Notes: a model not told the origin generated them from the letters alone. A stretch of DNA of 64,000 bases from Lytechinus pictus (GCF_037042905.1 NC_087251.1:10046001-10110000), one strand, 5' to 3'; positions 26,401 through 38,735 are shown, numbered from the stretch's first letter. Translations and numbers: made by a program.

Positions 26401-29400
26401 ATATTTCATGTTACACCTGTGACACTGTTTGACTTGAAACTTTTACAAATTACATACAATTTTGTGACACTTTACTTCTTGTAAAGAGTGTTCTTTAAAA
26501 CTATTCAATTTTTATCACTTAAAATTTTATGTAAATGTATACAACTGGAGTGATAAAACTATAAACCCTCAGATTTCTACTTTTATCAACACTCTAAAAT
26601 GCACATGTATAACATGAACTCGGAGATCAACTTACCTCTTGATATGCTTCCTCTTTTTCTCTGAGTTTACGTTCAAGTTTCCTCTTCTCATAATCTTCTT
26701 CTTCTTCAAGACGATCTCGATCCCCATCTCTGTCACGATCACGATCCCGATCTCTCCCTCGCTCGCGGTCATAGTCTCGATCGTAGTCTCTGCTTCTGTC
26801 GCGTTCATACCTGTAAATATATTTCATAACACTGTCATTTCAATCAAGAAAATGCTTTTTGTGGCTTTAAACAGAAAACACACAAAATTCTCTTCTAGGC
26901 TTAACAGTCCATCTTAAAGATATGAAGATTTAGCAAATAAAACCAAAAAAAATCACAATACATTTTTTCTGCAAATTCATCTTTCAATCTCAAAGCACAA
27001 GGGGGCACTTAAATAACATAAGTTTTCAAATGCAAAAACATAACCAACCAGCCCTATGATAATTTCTTATCTGATGGAGTAAACTACTCAAAATAAAAAT
27101 TTGAAAGCACAAATATATCTCAACCTCATGAACTTTAATTTCATACACACTAACACATATTCATACCATAAATCATGCAGAGAAAGCATGAGTAATGAAT
27201 TATCTTACCTCTCTCTTTCATCCCGTTCTCGTTCTTCTCTGATCCTTTCCCGCTCACTCTCTCTGTGTCTGTCTCGTTCTCTGTCCCTGTCTCTCCTCTC
27301 ACGTTCCTTGATCTGTTCTCTCCTCTGCCGATCCCTCTCTCGTTCCTTCTCTCTCTCCCTCCGGCTCTTCTCCTTCTCCTCTGGAGTCTCCTTCTGTTCT
27401 AGTGCTTCCCTCTGATCCTGTAGACAGCAAAATAGGAAATAACAGCTATGTGTAGTTATCTAGTATAAAACATGGTGACATTGCTTAGATCTAATGGGGT
27501 ATACTTAATAATTAAAACCACTCAGTTGACACTTTAAAGGGTAATTATCCTCACATCTTTACAGGGTTCTACAATGTTTGCTGACACTGTAAGTCTGTAA
27601 TATAATTTGTTAGTGTATCTTGTGGTAACAATATATGCATCAACAGACCACAAATTACACATTTTGTTATAGAGAATGTTCCACATGGAACTACAGTCTA
27701 TCAGTGATGCATCAATGCCACAAGTGCACATGAAAAGAGCATGGGCAAATGGTATCTGTATTAATCCTTTTGTGCAAGTACAATAATATCCCTTTAAGTC
27801 AACTTTCTATGGTATGGGAACACATAACATGTAGTATCCTAAAATTATGTTTTCTGACAGGTATATTAACAAATGCTAAGGTATCAAGGGAATTAATCCA
27901 ACTCAGATTCTAGCATGGATTGAAATAAATTTGAGTTTGGAAATGCAGTGCGCAGTCTGTTAAAAATAAAGTTTGTTGAAATAATTCCAAAAGGGCAAGA
28001 TCAACAATCAAATAGAATGAACCAGATTTTCAGTACACTGGAATCTTGTAAAAAAAAGTAACTCTTTGGAGATCTATATATTAATTGGTGCAAGTTTTTT
28101 TAGTATGAAAGATCAAATTTGAATATGTGGATGAATTCCCTTTTCACAAAGACAAATAAGAAATATTAGTGAAATAAAAGCTACTACGTAAACAGGTCAG
28201 GGAATATAGACAATGCTTCACCAGCCTTCTCCATGAATTGCTGCCAATTTTTCTTCTCTTTTTAAATAATTAATCAATTGGCACCCTGCATTGGCTAATA
28301 GTGTCACAAATCATAGAAATTTAAATATCTAAACAAAAAAGAGCTGTGATCTGTCTTACATCCCCTGGCCTACCAAGGCAACATTTGGACCTCATCCAAT
28401 TACAAAACCTATTTCCATTGGCAATGCTTGTCCTGCTCCTGCTCCTCCATGAAGTGACCTTTTCCGCTGGAATCCAAGGCTTGGCTGTAATCTCTGCTAT
28501 TTACCCCATCATTTCCAATATATTCATCAGAGCAGTTCGTGTAGCATTACAGTTAAGTCAGTTTTCTTTTCTTTTTTTTAATACTTAACTATCATTGCCA
28601 CTTTTGCAGAGGGCTGCTAGCTTGTAGAAATGAAAATGACTGATGATAAATGTCTCCAAATGTCAACATTCAGTATCAGAACAATTGGAAAGCAGTCTCG
28701 GTCCAGACAGGATTCAATCTTGGAGAACTTGAAGGCATGGCGGAAGACTGCTCCATGTCGCAACGTTGACTCCGATGATTGTAGCTTGACAGGACCAATG
28801 GATAACTCAATGTGGAGAAGGTCTCAAATATTGCCTTGCTTTTACATTAAAACAAACTTAAATCATCAAAAGGAGGTACATGGGGAGAGCATGCAGTACA
28901 CATCATTTCATCAATCAATGTCTAACAATAAAGGGATGAAAAGGAGAACACCTCAAACAATAGCTATATCATCATATTCAAGCAAGAACTTACAAAATGT
29001 CATCTTGCTTTAACAGTGCCTTGACAAATCTAAGATTATCAGGTGCAAGTTTTGTGTAAAATGCTCTGAACTGCCCAAAGACAAAAATGGCAATTAACTT
29101 TATCATATTTCAATTTCAGGATAGTTTATGAAGCATAAATAAATTCAATGATCCTTGCTAAGTCTGTGCTGACATTTTTCTCCAAAATACAGCAACAAGA
29201 TCAATCTTAAATGAAATTTGAATATATTTTTGCATTTTTCCCCCAAGGTCTGAAAGCCTGCACCATTTTGAGAACTTTGGGCATAAGCACAGGCACATAT
29301 AAATACATACATATTCACCAAATCAATCTTATAAAATAAAAAGCAACAGTGAAATGAAACAGCATAAGTAATGAAAGCTACATTGTATTGACTTGCGCAT

Positions 29401-32400
29401 TACAGTGACATCTTGGGAATCTTGCTCGGACTGGATGGAACTTCAACTTCTCTGCTGGCGAGCTTCTCAGGCCTGACAATTCATCGCATGATTGTCATAC
29501 TACCATGTGACTTGTCACATGACACATATGTCACATATGATCATGTAACTAACTTAGTAAACATATTCAATGCCAACTAGATCATTTTCATTAAGTGAAA
29601 TTATTCAAACAAGGTTTGAAATTGAACGTGATATATAATTGAAGAGGAGATGACCAAATTGATGAAACAATGTTAAACATATTAAAAAAACATGTCTCCA
29701 CTAATAGAATATTACAAACAAGAAAAACAAATAATTAAACATTAAAAATACACCAAAATTTTGAAGAAAAAAAAAGATCACGAGTAAAGCCTTTTATGAA
29801 AAAAATATTGACATAGGACATACTTAAGAACCTATTTTTTTCATCTCTTTTTTGCTAAAAATATATATATAATTTGTTCTATCTGTGAATATCTATAGAA
29901 AGGAAATAAACGTAAAATGACTTGGGGATCGATCTACAAATAAAATGAATATCTGAATTGTACAGATAACTAATGTTCATCCCCTAAAGATGAGTTTGAA
30001 TTTAAGAGTAATAATAATCCAAAATGTCAAATTTTATCATTACCAGATGAGTAAAAATGGTAAAGTACACACATACACTTGTACCTTCATTCTCAATAGC
30101 TTTCCATTAGGTCTTGAACTGATAGTATGTCATCCTGTTAATGAAATAGATACTAGTTAATTATACACCACAATCAAATACATTCCACATACCTAATTGT
30201 ACAGCATCCTCATCTGTTGGATCAGCTTCAATCAGCCCAATGATACACATCCAATACCATCAAAGTTATTTTAGTGTAATTTAACATTTCCTCTCCCAAG
30301 AATAAGTCATTTACTGTCCTTTACAACGAAACAAAATATTTACTAATTTCATTTTATAAAAAAAATCCCATTGGCAACACGGAGCTAAAATATACAGTTG
30401 CAAGGTAAATCAATGTACAGTGCCCACCACCTAAAAAATAAACCTTTAAATAATTAGCATGAATAAAGTAATAAAACATGATAAAAATGAATTGCATATA
30501 ATTAAACATAATAGGACAATTGATTAAAAGAGCATGCTGTCTATCAAAGAAGTCTACAGTTTCATAAACATTTACAGAAGATAAAGGATCCACATACCTG
30601 TCAATTTTAAGGTCCAAAATACCTTCCATATCCTGCAATAAAGAGATCTAATTGATTTCCTAACCAAAATAGAAAGATATCAAGTACTCACCCGTGATCA
30701 AACATTAAAAATTGAATCAGACGCAGGCTGCAGCGACTATCACGCCCCCTGACGTAGGCCCAAGCCATGGGGCCGTTGAAGGAGTACTATAATAATCATG
30801 GCAGGGGTACAATTGTTGCAATGAGAAAACTTATTTTTATCACGAATTAAATTCAAGCACACATATGTCTACTAGCCCTGATATGTTGATCTAATTGTTA
30901 TTCTCATCATCGTTATGATACCCTCTTTCAAAAATTCCAAAATTATTTTGATACCCTCTTTCAAAATTTCCAAATTCTTGAACAAATAATGCCAGCAAGA
31001 GCTAACAACCTGGTAATAATAGCTCGCTACATACATCCCAATACAAACAAATGTAATAAAAAGGATCTATAATCCTCTCATTTCTGTGTTATATAGGAGT
31101 GCAGCCGATCTCTGCACACAAACCCAATCAAATAACAAGTTTCTGAAATAAATTTTCATATGGATTTTTCGCTTTTGATGAGTTTTGCTCCAGGTTGTTT
31201 TTTTTTTAATTCCTGATGAGTCTTTATCTTCTTACATCCATTTTCCACTTATTATATGTTAATAGAAAAGATAATATGGGGGCAACAGCATCCTGCAAGA
31301 TGAAAGCAAAGGTAAAGAACATGATTTATACAAAGATAACTTTAATTCAATAAAATCATTGAGAAGGACAGGAATGTCAATCTTATGGTGTATTCTTACC
31401 TTATATGATTGTCTGAAACGATCAATCTCACGGTTTATGAGATCTTTCTTCTCTTCCTCTAAATTCATGTCATCAAGCTTATCCTGCAATTAAATGAAGA
31501 ATTAAGGAAAATATTCATAGGAAACAACAAGCTATAGACCAATGGCTATTGAACTTTGTAAACACATAAGCAAATCTATTTAAATGAATATGAAGATAAT
31601 TCAAAAATAGGTTTCATTGAACAAGACAGTTAAAGCTGTCCCTATTAAAAAGGCAGATTTGTATTCTCATGTCTCTCTCTTTTCTGCTACAATTTGTCAA
31701 ATCATTCCAAACTGTTGCCTCAAATCTTACTTAAAATGAACGCAACATTATATTTCTAAGTAATGATTACATACCAACTGAATAAAGTTGTATATAAATG
31801 TGGATATTCATTTTTACATTCATTAAACAGGTGTTTCATAAGCTCAAAATAATAAGCAAGCCCAACAAGCTCGACTCACAACAACTCTGACATGATTCAC
31901 TGGTTTATTTTTTTTTCAATCTCACAAGAATGTTGTGAAGCATATAAATGTGACATTCTACAAACATACGACAAACATTCAACTTAATTTTATATTTGCA
32001 AGCCAATATAGGTTTGGTGCATATTACATGCACTGGTCAAAGAAATGGAATCAGTAAAAATCTGTCACTTCTAATACATGAATCAATGAAATAGCCAGGT
32101 AGATCAGGAGAACGACATACCTTAGCCTTTTGCTTCTCATCTTTTTGCGTCTGCTTCTGCTTCTGAACACCATGGAAGGGCTTCTCTTCTGGTGCTCCTG
32201 AATGACCAAAAATAATGCTATCAGGAACACACATAACATAAATGCAAACAACAATACAGCATGACAACTACAGGTTATCTTTTCTATAATTATGAAGTGT
32301 CATGAATATGAGCAAAGGGATTTCTCCCAATATGACAATTATTCTCAAACTACTTTAAAATAGTCATATGTAATTCATATACAAATTCAATCAGCAATTA

Positions 32401-35400
32401 TGTGGGATATATAGGACCTGCAAATCAGGTTGCTGCCCCATTAAAAACTAATGCTGTCACGATGAATCATTTAAGCTATATATCACTGTGCATCCTTCGT
32501 TAATACTGTTCACCTAGCAATCAACAGGCCTTAAATTTTCACATTTTCATGGCAAGGCTACTTCTCATTAGGGCACATTTCTACAATACAGCACAAATGA
32601 AAAATAAAAGATGACACAGCAAATTTCAAAGACCATTGAAAGGGGCATTAATGTTAATCAGAAGGGCATCCAAAGGACAGATCTTTGATGGCCTTGGTAA
32701 GCCCTGAATCAAAGAGCCTGTACATTCACATATTTATACCTGGTGCTCTCTGTAGCTGTGAAGAGTAATCATGGATAAGTCTACGCATGTAAGTCCTGAC
32801 TTCAGCATCTTCCCTCATTGTAGACTCATCTAGCTCAGATGCCTGGATAGAAAGAAAGTGCATGACTGGTGCTTTAGGGAGTGGTGGAAATAAGGCATAC
32901 CTGAAAGTGCATGTGATTTCCATACAGCGGGGTCATGTATTTGAACCATAACAAAGCACTGGCATCCTTTGGCAAGTTGTCAATCTAAACTTTGCCACTC
33001 TCCACCCAGGAGTAGATGGGATACTGATGTAGCTGTGTGGTAGATACTATGGTATCATTGCTATAAAATGGTAACAATGATAAATCTGAAGTGTCATGAG
33101 CATCACAAGGCAGCAGATGCTACGGTAATTCATGTATTCATTATTTTGATAAATCATTATCATTATTTTGAAAAATAATTACTCTTATTGTTTTGAGATA
33201 TCATAAAAGGATATTCCTTACCTGATCTCCCTCCCTCTTCTGTAAATATTCATCAAGAAGTGTTCTTGTTTTGCCATCAACTTTAACCTGAACAATAAAT
33301 TAAAAATGGAAATGAAGTTTCAATGACAAAGAATCATAATATGTATGAATTAAATAAAATAAATAGGAAACATATATAGGCTGTTATACTGCCTGGATAT
33401 CTGGATACAGGGCGGGAGGAATAAACAAATTCCTTGAAATGATAGACAGTATAATACATTATGAAATAATTGATTTTTCAATTATTTCAAAAAAGGCAGT
33501 TCCTTTCTTGCTGCAACAAGCTTTGCAATATTATCCTTTTCTGTATTGTTGTTTATATTGTAGTTTACTTACTATTTTTTTTCAACTTTTACTGTTACAA
33601 TACTGTCATGTTTTTTATTACAAAGTGAAATAAATCTCAACTGAATTGATTTGAATAATCATGCATTCTATTGAATTGTGACTGATACTAAGTGTACTAC
33701 TCTGATAACCCTGTACATACGCATATGTACAATTTAAAAAGTTATATGTAAAGACATAGTTAAGACGTTTTCTTACCAAAAGTTTTTTATCTCCTATGTC
33801 AAGTTCATGAAGTAGACGGATAGCTCTAAGACTTGCATCTGGGTCTCCATACTCACAGAAACCAAAGGCTTGTAGTTTTCCCGATGCTCCTTGTACTCTC
33901 TTCCAGCTCAACACCGCACCACATCTCTATACATTGTTAACAAATAAATTGCTCAACACCGCACATCTCTATACATTGTTAACAAATAAATTGCTCAACA
34001 CCGCACCACATCTCTATACACTGTTAACAAATAAATTGCTCAACACCGCACATCTCTATACATTGTTAACAAATAAATTGCTCAACACCGCACATCTCTA
34101 TACATTGTTAACAAATAAATTGCTCAACACCGCACATCTCTATACATTGTTAACAAATAAATTGCTCAACACCGCACATCTCTATACATTGTTAACAAAT
34201 AAATTGCTCAACACCGCACCACATCTCTATACATTGTTAGCAAATACATTATTCAAAGGTTTTACAATCATGGCTAATATGTGATACAAAGGGGTTTCAG
34301 GGAGTTTTTATTTCTCATACAGTACAACAGGTATTTGGTGTGTATACCCGATTTGTATTTTTAAAATTGTATTTCCAGACAACATAGCGATTTAAATAAA
34401 TTCTGGAAGCAATATTTCATAAATTGTCACATTGTAATGTTGGATAAAATGACTGAGAATGAATGTCCACAATTATCTGTGCTATTTGATGAAAAGAAGA
34501 GGTACCAATAGCATTTCTGTTTGTTCAGATACCATTTCCTTTATTAAACTACTCATTTGACAATCATCTCAAAAATGATTAAAGTGACAAGTGGAATATA
34601 AAAGAATATGACCTCAAATATTATATACATTTGGTGACAATTATTTTATACAGGTAATTCCATATAATATTCAACCTTTTTATATAAAAATTTAAAAGAA
34701 TTACAACTTTTCATATGAATAAAAACAGGAAGATCCCACTCATACGTACTTCATGGAATTGCCCTTATCCATTGGTCACTAAGTTCCTACCCCCCCCATC
34801 ACCCTCCCCTCTCCCTCCAATATTCCATGCCCCTAGTCCAACACAAACACTACTCACTATGAAATGAACATAGAATACAAAATCATTGAATCATATTAAT
34901 AGCTATATGAAATACTTACACCAAGTAAGCCTCTAATAAGTGTATCTGGTGCACGGTCGGAAATATTCCCCACAAAGACGGTTGTCTTGGGTTTATTTGA
35001 ATCTTCAGTCCTTTCTTCCTTCTGAAAAATAAAGCAACAATATTGACTTCATAAAAGACATGAAATATTGCACATTTAAAAAAGCTGATTACCCAAATAT
35101 TTACACTCAATCAAAGATCATGGATCAATTGCTTTTATAGTCAGAAGTATTTGTGGGATGTAAAAATTACCAATTGATAAGGTTTGAATATGTAACTTTG
35201 CCAGGGTAGAAAAACCTTGTACTTTAAAAAAAAATCACTTTTTTAATTCCTTTACCATCTCCAAGTGATAATGTGTGAGAATCCTAGCTCTTTATAGGGT
35301 TTCACATTGGATAGAGTGTTATGTTGGCTGTATTTTTTATTTCTCTCTCTCTTGTAGATAAAAGGTTTTGCTCACACAAGCAGTGATAAATCAGTCAAGC

Positions 35401-37584
35401 AATACTAAAACATAGTGCAACAAAGCTCAGCTACATTTTGTGTAGAAAGTCAATGAAATAAAGACGTAAAATAGAAAAGTCTTCGGCCTGCACAACGAAA
35501 CTCGTGACATCATAATGAATTCATTATGACATCATATTACACACCTCAAGCCATCATAAAAAAATCACTGTGATGTCATGAGTTTTTGAAGTGTGAAATG
35601 GGCATTGATTAGCATGGTGAGATTTGCCTCACTATGTTTAACCACTATGAAAAATGGTGCTGAGTTTTTTATCGCCATAACTAATCTAGGCTTCATTCTC
35701 TGGAGTCAGCCAGTGATATAATCCTGAAAAATAATATCTCAAGAGAATTTGCCAATTAATATTGCTACTACTTTATACAGAAGGTGAACACTTACAGGAG
35801 GAACAAAAGGTTTGACAACTGAAGAAGATCTGTTTGAAGACTGGTTGTTGGTAGATACAGCTGTCTGGAGACATTAACGAGAAAAATAAAAAGATAGGGG
35901 ATTAATAAAAAGTGAATAATTGAAAGGTAATAATAGTAGTTCTCGCATTACAAATGAGTGATGTATTTACTAATGAATACTAACTAGAAATTTGCATTGC
36001 AAAAGCATTGTCATCTGCCCCCATCATCTATTATATTACAGATAATAAAAGTGATCATTTAAATAAACATGTAGATGATATCAGATTTATATAACTTGGG
36101 TAACCTTATCAATAATATCATCCTTCCTGATGGCACTTTAAAATAGTTACAAAAAATTATATATCGATTGATAAAAGTCATGTTTTAGCGACGCATTAAA
36201 AATGCATATTTTGGTCGGCATCAAATGTCTGTTCAATACGGGAGCATACTCCTCAAAGGACCAAAATCTGACCAATATCGCATTGGCACCTGTACAAAAC
36301 TTGCTGCTCAATATGAGACCGTATTCAACAGTCTAGTGTGCATGCGCGAATGCATGAAATATACAACACGGCTGTACAACAATGAATGCAATGCGATGCG
36401 CATCATAGAGCACAATGATACTTATAATGACGTCATAATAAAATACATATCTACGATCAAATTTGATCTTGAGGCTGTATTAACCGATTGTGGTAAGTGA
36501 CTTGACTTGCTTGATCACATTTTTCCTCTTTTTTGGGGGGGTGGGGGGGAGTGGTGTGGGATAGATAATAATTATATTGGGTGGCTTTATTTCATGTAAT
36601 ACTAGAATCATTCCACTCATCTGCGATTCATGTATATTTGCCCTAACTCTTGAAATATTTCTGGAAATTCTGGTATTCCATTCTGAGCCATCCTATATAG
36701 GCCTAAATATAAAATGAAATACTATTGACTTATAATCATTGTTCAGAATTTACATCTAGTGCATAAAGAAAATTTAGTAGCATTATGTGCTTAATCACCA
36801 TACTACTGCTAGATCTACTCAGTGGGGTGGTAGTGCGGAAATCAATTCATAATAGATAATAGATAGCGGGTTCAGATATTATTTTTAATAGTTATATATG
36901 TGTTATTTACAGAAATACAAACAAAATTTCCTAATAAATTATACAAAAATACAAAAGATTGGTGAACTTACCCCTGGTGGTGTTGGTAAAAGTCCAGACA
37001 TTCTAACGTTTTGCCTCACTGAAAAAAAATGAATTCCAGTCATTATACAACACACATAAAATTAGATCATGAGGATACAGTAGAACTCTCATTTTTGGGA
37101 AAGTTATGATTCATAAAACACACTAATCATGTCTTCTGCTTGGAAAAAAAGAGGTTTGCAAAAGTGAACTTTGCCCCAGACAAACATAGATTTGCAATGG
37201 ATCTATTGGTTTACAAAAGATGATATTCATGTGTGCGCCAGTGTAGGTCCCATAACAATGTAATTCTCAAATCACCGTCAAAAAGCAATTTTCTTCTGAA
37301 GATTGCAGACTTACTCTAAAATACTAAAAACATTATTGTTACAGCCAAGGTAACAAACATCAAAATTTGACAAAATTACTGAATCAAGTTTCTACAAAGC
37401 TAACTTCCAAAAAAAAACTCTCACAAGCCCGTTTGAAAAACAAATAAAAAACAAAAACAATATTCTTTTGTAGTTTTAGTGTTTTACCTTGTGACATTGA
37501 TCCAAATTGTGAATACTGTGGCCGCATGCCTGGTGGGTATGTTCCTGGCGCACCAAACGGTGGCCGTCCACCAGAGAAGGACAT
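14325..37584 (-). CDS. RBM25: RNA-binding protein 25 (Snu71/RED120 family splicing factor), 18 coding exons, ~783 aa
   Basis: All exons join in phase with GT-AG boundaries (2352 nt). RRM (TTVFVGNIS...SWKRVQGASGKLQAFGFCEY), RE/RD-rich middle and C-terminal PWI (IKPWINKKIVEYIGEEE...VLDEEAEVFVVKMWRLLIYE). Confidence 0.95.
14620..15482. mobile_element. Tc1/mariner-type MITE, copy 1
   Basis: TA-GGGGAAGGCGGGGTAAGTTG...CAACTTACCCTGCCTTCCCC-TA with subterminal repeats. Confidence 0.85.
15790..15936 (-). CDS. RBM25: RBM25 coding exon 17 (PWI core)
   Basis: SLMDRRIKPWINKKIVEYIGEEE... Confidence 0.95.
16099..16956. mobile_element. Tc1/mariner-type MITE, copy 2 (same family and orientation)
   Basis: Colinear with 14620-15482 and has the same TIRs. 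Confidence 0.85.
17116..17904. mobile_element. Degenerate piggyBac-like MITE
   Basis: Ends resemble TTAACCCT...AGGGTTAA, with a subterminal G-run (17157-17176) and C-run (17877-17887). Confidence 0.5.
17973..18298 (-). CDS. RBM25: RBM25 coding exon 16
   Basis: KRKKLTVGDVFN...KRKLVPIEY...LIEKIPTAKEELFAY; phase 1 to 0. Confidence 0.92.
20919..21072 (-). CDS. RBM25: RBM25 coding exon 15
   Basis: NNQGPHTP...FGRIKL; phase 0 to 1, donor GTAAGA. Confidence 0.8.
21376..22121. mobile_element. Non-autonomous TIR element
   Basis: AATTCTCGCTACCCCAAATAG / CTATTTGGGGTAGCGAGAATT inverted termini. Confidence 0.75.
22818..22955 (-). CDS. RBM25: RBM25 coding exon 14
   Basis: LEIEREKHKQ...PMPPE, 138 nt in frame. 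Confidence 0.8.
23354..23504 (-). CDS. RBM25: RBM25 coding exon 13
   Basis: GSALERRRKERE...; phase 2 to 0. Confidence 0.9.
24054..25862. mobile_element. 1.8 kb non-autonomous DNA transposon with 6-bp TSD
   Basis: TIR CATACCTGCCAACC / GGTTGGCAGGTATG. Direct repeat GGTATG at 24048-24053 and 25863-25868. GC-rich interior. Confidence 0.85.
26194..26357 (-). CDS. RBM25: RBM25 coding exon 12
   Basis: RLRNWETRERKK...LKEFLEDYEDERDDPKYY; phase 0 to 2. Confidence 0.92.
26636..26810 (-). CDS. RBM25: RBM25 coding exon 11
   Basis: ...YEKRKLERKLREKEEAYQE; phase 2 to 0. Confidence 0.92.
27209..27417 (-). CDS. RBM25: RBM25 coding exon 10 (RE/RD-rich)
   Basis: Open purine-rich frame; phase 0 to 2. Confidence 0.9.
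31400..31483 (-). CDS. RBM25: RBM25 coding exon 9 (DKLDDMNLEEEKKDLINREIDRFRQSYK)
   Basis: Conserved RBM25 helix, canonical sites. Confidence 0.9.
32121..32197 (-). CDS. RBM25: RBM25 coding exon 8
   Basis: GAPEEKPFHG...KAK; phase 1 to 0, donor GTATGT. Confidence 0.8.
32740..32842 (-). CDS. RBM25: RBM25 coding exon 7
   Basis: ASELDESTMRED...; phase 0 to 1. Confidence 0.85.
33222..33287 (-). CDS. RBM25: RBM25 coding exon 6 (VKVDGKTRTLLDEY...)
   Basis: End of the RRM, canonical sites. Confidence 0.9.
33777..33926 (-). CDS. RBM25: RBM25 coding exon 5 (RCGAVLSWKRVQGASGKLQAFGFCEY...KKLL)
   Basis: RNP1 motif. The acceptor lies in the last unit of a tandem repeat. Donor GTAAGA. Confidence 0.92.
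33906..34250. repeat. Tandem repeat, 8 units of 42/45 bp spanning an RBM25 intron-exon boundary
   Basis: Unit GCTCAACACCGCA(CCA)CATCTCTATACATTGTTAACAAATAAATT starting at 33906, 33951, 33993, 34038, 34080, 34122, 34164 and 34206. Confidence 0.97.
34920..35021 (-). CDS. RBM25: RBM25 coding exon 4 (RRM start, KTTVFVGNISDRAPD)
   Basis: RNP2 motif and canonical splice sites. Confidence 0.92.
35796..35864 (-). CDS. RBM25: RBM25 coding exon 3 (TAVSTNNQ...PFVPP)
   Basis: CTCCAG acceptor, GTAAGT donor, 69 nt in frame. Confidence 0.75.
36972..37018 (-). CDS. RBM25: RBM25 coding exon 2 (VRQNVRMSGLLPTPPG)
   Basis: TTTTCAG acceptor, GTAAGT donor, phase 1 to 0. Confidence 0.75.
37488..37584 (-). CDS. 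RBM25: RBM25 coding exon 1 (MSFSGGRPPFG...SQ)
   Basis: Acceptor gives exon start at 37663, ATG at 37584, donor GTAAAA, phase 1. Confidence 0.85.
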
Positions 37585-38735
37585 TTTGAAGTCAGTGTGT
37601 ACAGTTCCACTTCAGCAATATATATCACACTGCTGGATAGCAAGCTTCAAGATGGTGAAGTACCTACAGACAGTTTAACAAGAAAATAAAATAATATATG
37701 TGTTCATGGATCAAAGCCACTACAATCAAATGCTAATTTGAATAAAAAGCAAAATTAAACAAACATGATATCATCATATTCGGATGTAAACTAAGAAAGT
37801 TATGACATTTTAAATTTCGCTTGGAATTCAGGAAAAGGGTTTTGTTCACATCCTCGTCACTCTGCAAATGATGACACCTAAGACATCACCCCACCAGTGA
37901 CCACGGTTTGCATTGATAAAAAGCAATAGAGGCAATTGCCTTGAGCGTGTCTTACAATGGCTGCAATATAAGTGACTGGAAGTTGTGTCTGCAAGTTCTC
38001 AATATTGAAATAAAATTCATATTCAGAATGAACTGAAATGAAAAAAAATTACATAATAGTTCAGTCAAAACTGCAAAAAAAAATCAGTTTGGTTTTAAAG
38101 GGCTTTTCAAATATTGTTATAATCATAATGGGGAAGACTTCGCCTCTATTTGAAATGTAGTATGCAAACACTCACCCATGGGTGCATTGCATGCGTCATG
38201 CGTATGAAAATCAAAAGAACAACACATACAATTGCAACAGATGATAACCTTAAACTAGTAAAAGTAATCACTTGTTAAATGGATTTACAGAATTCTCTTA
38301 CAACTTACTGAACGATATGAAGCCCTTTTTTCTTACTTTTTTTATCCCGGTGTGAAATATAGCAAAAAATTTCTTTATTTTGTAGAGGGACCATTTTTGC
38401 TAATATCAAAGACACTACAATGAAAAGACTAGACACCTTAAATCAAAATTCGGTTAAGTGTCCCACATTTTTATTGTAGTCTTTGATTCAGAAACTCTGC
38501 ACATTCAGGTATACCTTTTGTTTACAAACGGACTGAGGTTAGCGATTTTTAATGAATTTTCTTATTAATAAAAATCGAGATCAACATTATTTTAATACTG
38601 TCAAGACATAGTCTGTTCGGTTTTAATTAGGCCGATTTTCGGCAAACATTTCTTCTGTTATGAAGCAATGTTTGCAAACATTTTTGAAAATCAACAGTCA
38701 CAAGACATTCACTGTGCAAGGTTTGTCTGTATATG

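Noticed and set aside
28630..29013. 127-aa plus-strand ORF in RBM25 intron 9
   Set aside because: No recognisable homology or exon structure on +; any signal here is more plausibly on the RBM25 strand.
33934..34284. 116-aa repetitive ORF on +; superficial CRISPR-like periodicity
   Set aside because: The units are contiguous near-identical tandem copies with no unique spacers. The ORF is a by-product of 42/45-bp units antisense to RBM25.
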